Shown here: positions 62,367-64,000 of the stretch, piece by piece | How the letters are laid out: the number at the start of each line of letters is the position of its first letter | How positions within the stretch are numbered: position 1 is the first letter of the stretch | From: Candidatus Omnitrophota bacterium | GTDB lineage: Bacteria > Omnitrophota > Gorgyraeia > Gorgyraeales > Gorgyraeaceae | DNA length: 64,000 bases | Assembly (NCBI GenBank): GCA_042571405.1 | Contig: JBHPHU010000002.1 | Span: 2,787-66,786, forward strand | Direction of reading: 5' to 3' | Translations under genes and position numbers: made by a program | The notes under the pieces: model-generated | The model's input: only the letters and a program-made list of their open reading frames with translations | What the model was told of the DNA's origin: nothing | Databases searched by the model: none

Positions 62367-62387
62367 AATTTTTATGGGTAGATTATG
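62367..62387 (+). promoter_or_regulatory. Reiterated leader cassette, copy 6 (core only)
   Basis: aaTTTTTATGGGTaGATTATGA has one substitution (GGA to AGA). No hairpin or promoter upstream. Confidence 0.65.
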
Positions 62388-63845
62388 ATGAGGATTGGAA
62401 AAGGATGTAAATTAGTTTTGATATTTATAGCAATAATCAGAATAGCCTATTCAGATTTAGGATATTCACAGACGACTTTACTACGCCCTGCCATTAAGTT
62501 TAATAACCTAGAATTATTGCACAGAATATATTCACAAGTTGAAAAAAATCTAAAAAAGCATCTTGATGTGCTTAGCAAGAAATATGAAGGTGGTATAATC
62601 CCAACTTACTTGCCTTTACCGACAGTTAGTTTTTTAACGACTGACAAAACAAATAGATATGAATATAACAGGGTAAAGAATGAAATAGTTTTTTATGTAA
62701 GAGAAGATATTGAAGAGGGAAATTTTAGAAAGATATGCTGGCTGGCTTATGGCGATTGGTTGTCTCAAAATGAAGCTGCCGAATATAACGGCGAAGGCTA
62801 CAATAATAGTGCCTGGAATTCCCCATATATAAATTACGTGAAGAGGAAGAAAAAATATATCAATCCAAATGAAATAAGAGATAAGAATATTCTTGATGTT
62901 GCAACAGGTGTAGGTATACCAGGGATTATATTAGCAGAAAGTGGAGCAGGAAAAGTTACCTGCCTTGATGTCTCAAGCATTATGTTGGAATTAGCAAAGG
63001 AGGAGGCAGATAAAAGGAAACTAGATAACATATTTTTTAAACAGGGTAGCATTTTTAAATTGCCATTTAATGATAATTCTTTTGATATGGTTTTCTTCCA
63101 TCTTTTTCTTGAAAGATCTCCAGAGGAGCTAAGGAGGGTAGCATTGTCAGAGATATTGCGAGTTTTGAAACCAGGAGGAAAGCTTAAATTTATGGAACGT
63201 TACAATGTTAGCCAACCTGCTCTTAATATAACAGGGCTTGGATGGGATAATGAAGACTGGTTGTATGAATTAAAAGAAGCAAAGTTCGAGAAAACATCGA
63301 TTTTATATAAAGAGAAGTTTTATTATGACGATTACCCTTCTGTTCTTAAGTCAGTTTTTTATATTATAGAGGCACATAAGCCACAGAATAATACCCAGAC
63401 AAAACTTGCGTTGGAAGAGGGGGCTACAAAAGAAACAGCAAGGCAATATGCAAAGGAAATCGTTGCAGACTTACAGAATAAATTAGGAAAGCGTTTAAAA
63501 GGTGTGGTATTCTTTAGCGGCATACAACCATTTAAAGGTGATAAAGATTATACAAAAGATATTGATTTATTGATAATAGTTGATGACGGAACTGAAATTC
63601 CAAAGGATTTACCATATTTGGATTCATCTGATTTGATTGTCATCTCTGTTAGTGAAGTCATAGAGCTGCTGGAAGGCAAAGGAAATAGATGGGGTGAACG
63701 CAATGATACTTTTAGGTTAATAATTTTAGGTGGCGGCGAGACATTACATGGACGAGAGTTTATTTTGTTATTAAACAGGTCGCTTGCCACAGATACTATT
63801 GCTGAGGAATTACTTAGTTTAAAAGCTATAAGGAACGATATATAG
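62385..63845 (+). CDS. Leader-family secreted protein J: class I SAM methyltransferase domain plus C-terminal minimal nucleotidyltransferase-like domain
   Basis: MMRIGKGCKLV plus hydrophobic segment ..YSQ..LLRP. MTase motif I ILDVATGVGIPG and VLKPGGKL. C-terminal GVVFFSG...DIDLLIIVDDG resembles the G[SG]-x(n)-DxD motif of pol-beta-type NTases. Confidence 0.78.
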   Translation: MMRIGKGCKLVLIFIAIIRIAYSDLGYSQTTLLRPAIKFNNLELLHRIYSQVEKNLKKHLDVLSKKYEGGIIPTYLPLPTVSFLTTDKTNRYEYNRVKNEIVFYVREDIEEGNFRKICWLAYGDWLSQNEAAEYNGEGYNNSAWNSPYINYVKRKKKYINPNEIRDKNILDVATGVGIPGIILAESGAGKVTCLDVSSIMLELAKEEADKRKLDNIFFKQGSIFKLPFNDNSFDMVFFHLFLERSPEELRRVALSEILRVLKPGGKLKFMERYNVSQPALNITGLGWDNEDWLYELKEAKFEKTSILYKEKFYYDDYPSVLKSVFYIIEAHKPQNNTQTKLALEEGATKETARQYAKEIVADLQNKLGKRLKGVVFFSGIQPFKGDKDYTKDIDLLIIVDDGTEIPKDLPYLDSSDLIVISVSEVIELLEGKGNRWGERNDTFRLIILGGGETLHGREFILLLNRSLATDTIAEELLSLKAIRNDI

Positions 63846-63927
63846 AATGATAAACTCAGAGTCAGACCTGGAAATTGGAAAATTAGCATTTTCTGTGCGC
63901 AGATTCAAAAACCGTTTCTGTTTATGC

Positions 63928-63956
63928 TTGACAAAGCTTTCTTAGTCGTATACACT
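63928..63956 (+). promoter_or_regulatory. Putative sigma70-type promoter
   Basis: TTGACA (63928-63933), 17-nt spacer, TACACT (63951-63956). Confidence 0.5.
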
Positions 63957-63975
63957 TATTTACAGAAAGGCAGAA

Positions 63976-64000
63976 ATGATGAAGCGATTAACTATCGACA
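63976..64000 (+). CDS. Start of an unidentified ORF (MMKRLTID...), truncated by window end
   Basis: GAAAGG lies 5 nt before ATG 63976, downstream of the promoter-like element. Only 8 codons are visible. Confidence 0.3.

Noticed and set aside
62290-63885. Similar short motif after genes I and J (ctcagactcgagaattggaaatcaag at ~62296 versus ctcagagtcagacctggaaattggaaaattag at ~63855)
   Set aside because: There are only two copies with several indels. It could be a shared 3' element of the cassette but cannot be substantiated by eye, and it has no terminator-like structure.

Overview
All credible genes lie on the + strand except one IS256-family transposase. No rRNA genes, CRISPR arrays or known defence systems were found, and no database or structure searches could be run. 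The window has three zones.

(1) 1-21.9 kb is a surface-glycan biosynthesis cluster. It holds an RmlD-like reductase, two DegT aminotransferases, two hexapeptide acetyltransferases, a wbpB/D/E-like triad, four GT2 enzymes, a GT9 heptosyltransferase and gmhB. Embedded in it are four radical-SAM enzymes and a PDH-type TPP E1 alpha/beta pair.

(2) 22-50.9 kb is housekeeping. It includes rbfA-nrnA-truB-ribF and a complete dcw cluster running mraZ-rsmH-ftsL-ftsI-murE-murF-mraY-murD-ftsW-murG-murC-murB-ddl-ftsQ-ftsA. This cluster is followed by proC, not ftsZ. Then come mtnP, ileS, a DksA/TraR zinc-finger gene, lspA and gpsA.

(3) 50.9-64 kb is an accessory array that looks more AT-rich by eye. It carries paralogous predicted secreted proteins, six of them headed by the same reiterated 5' leader: an extended -10 promoter, a GCTAT/ATAGC hairpin, an invariant TTTTTATGGGTGGATTATGA core holding a 4-codon uORF, and an 'IGKGY' signal peptide. 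Their passenger domains include methyltransferase, GNAT-like and nucleotidyltransferase-like folds; a seventh gene without the leader (53276..55930) adds an SGNH hydrolase. One member is split by an IS256 element, and a truncated tRNA-Pro-like 5' half sits inside the array. I consider this leader array the best candidate for an undescribed system.

Throughout the window, intergenic gaps and some gene termini are occupied by several distinct families of long palindromic or heptamer-based repeats.
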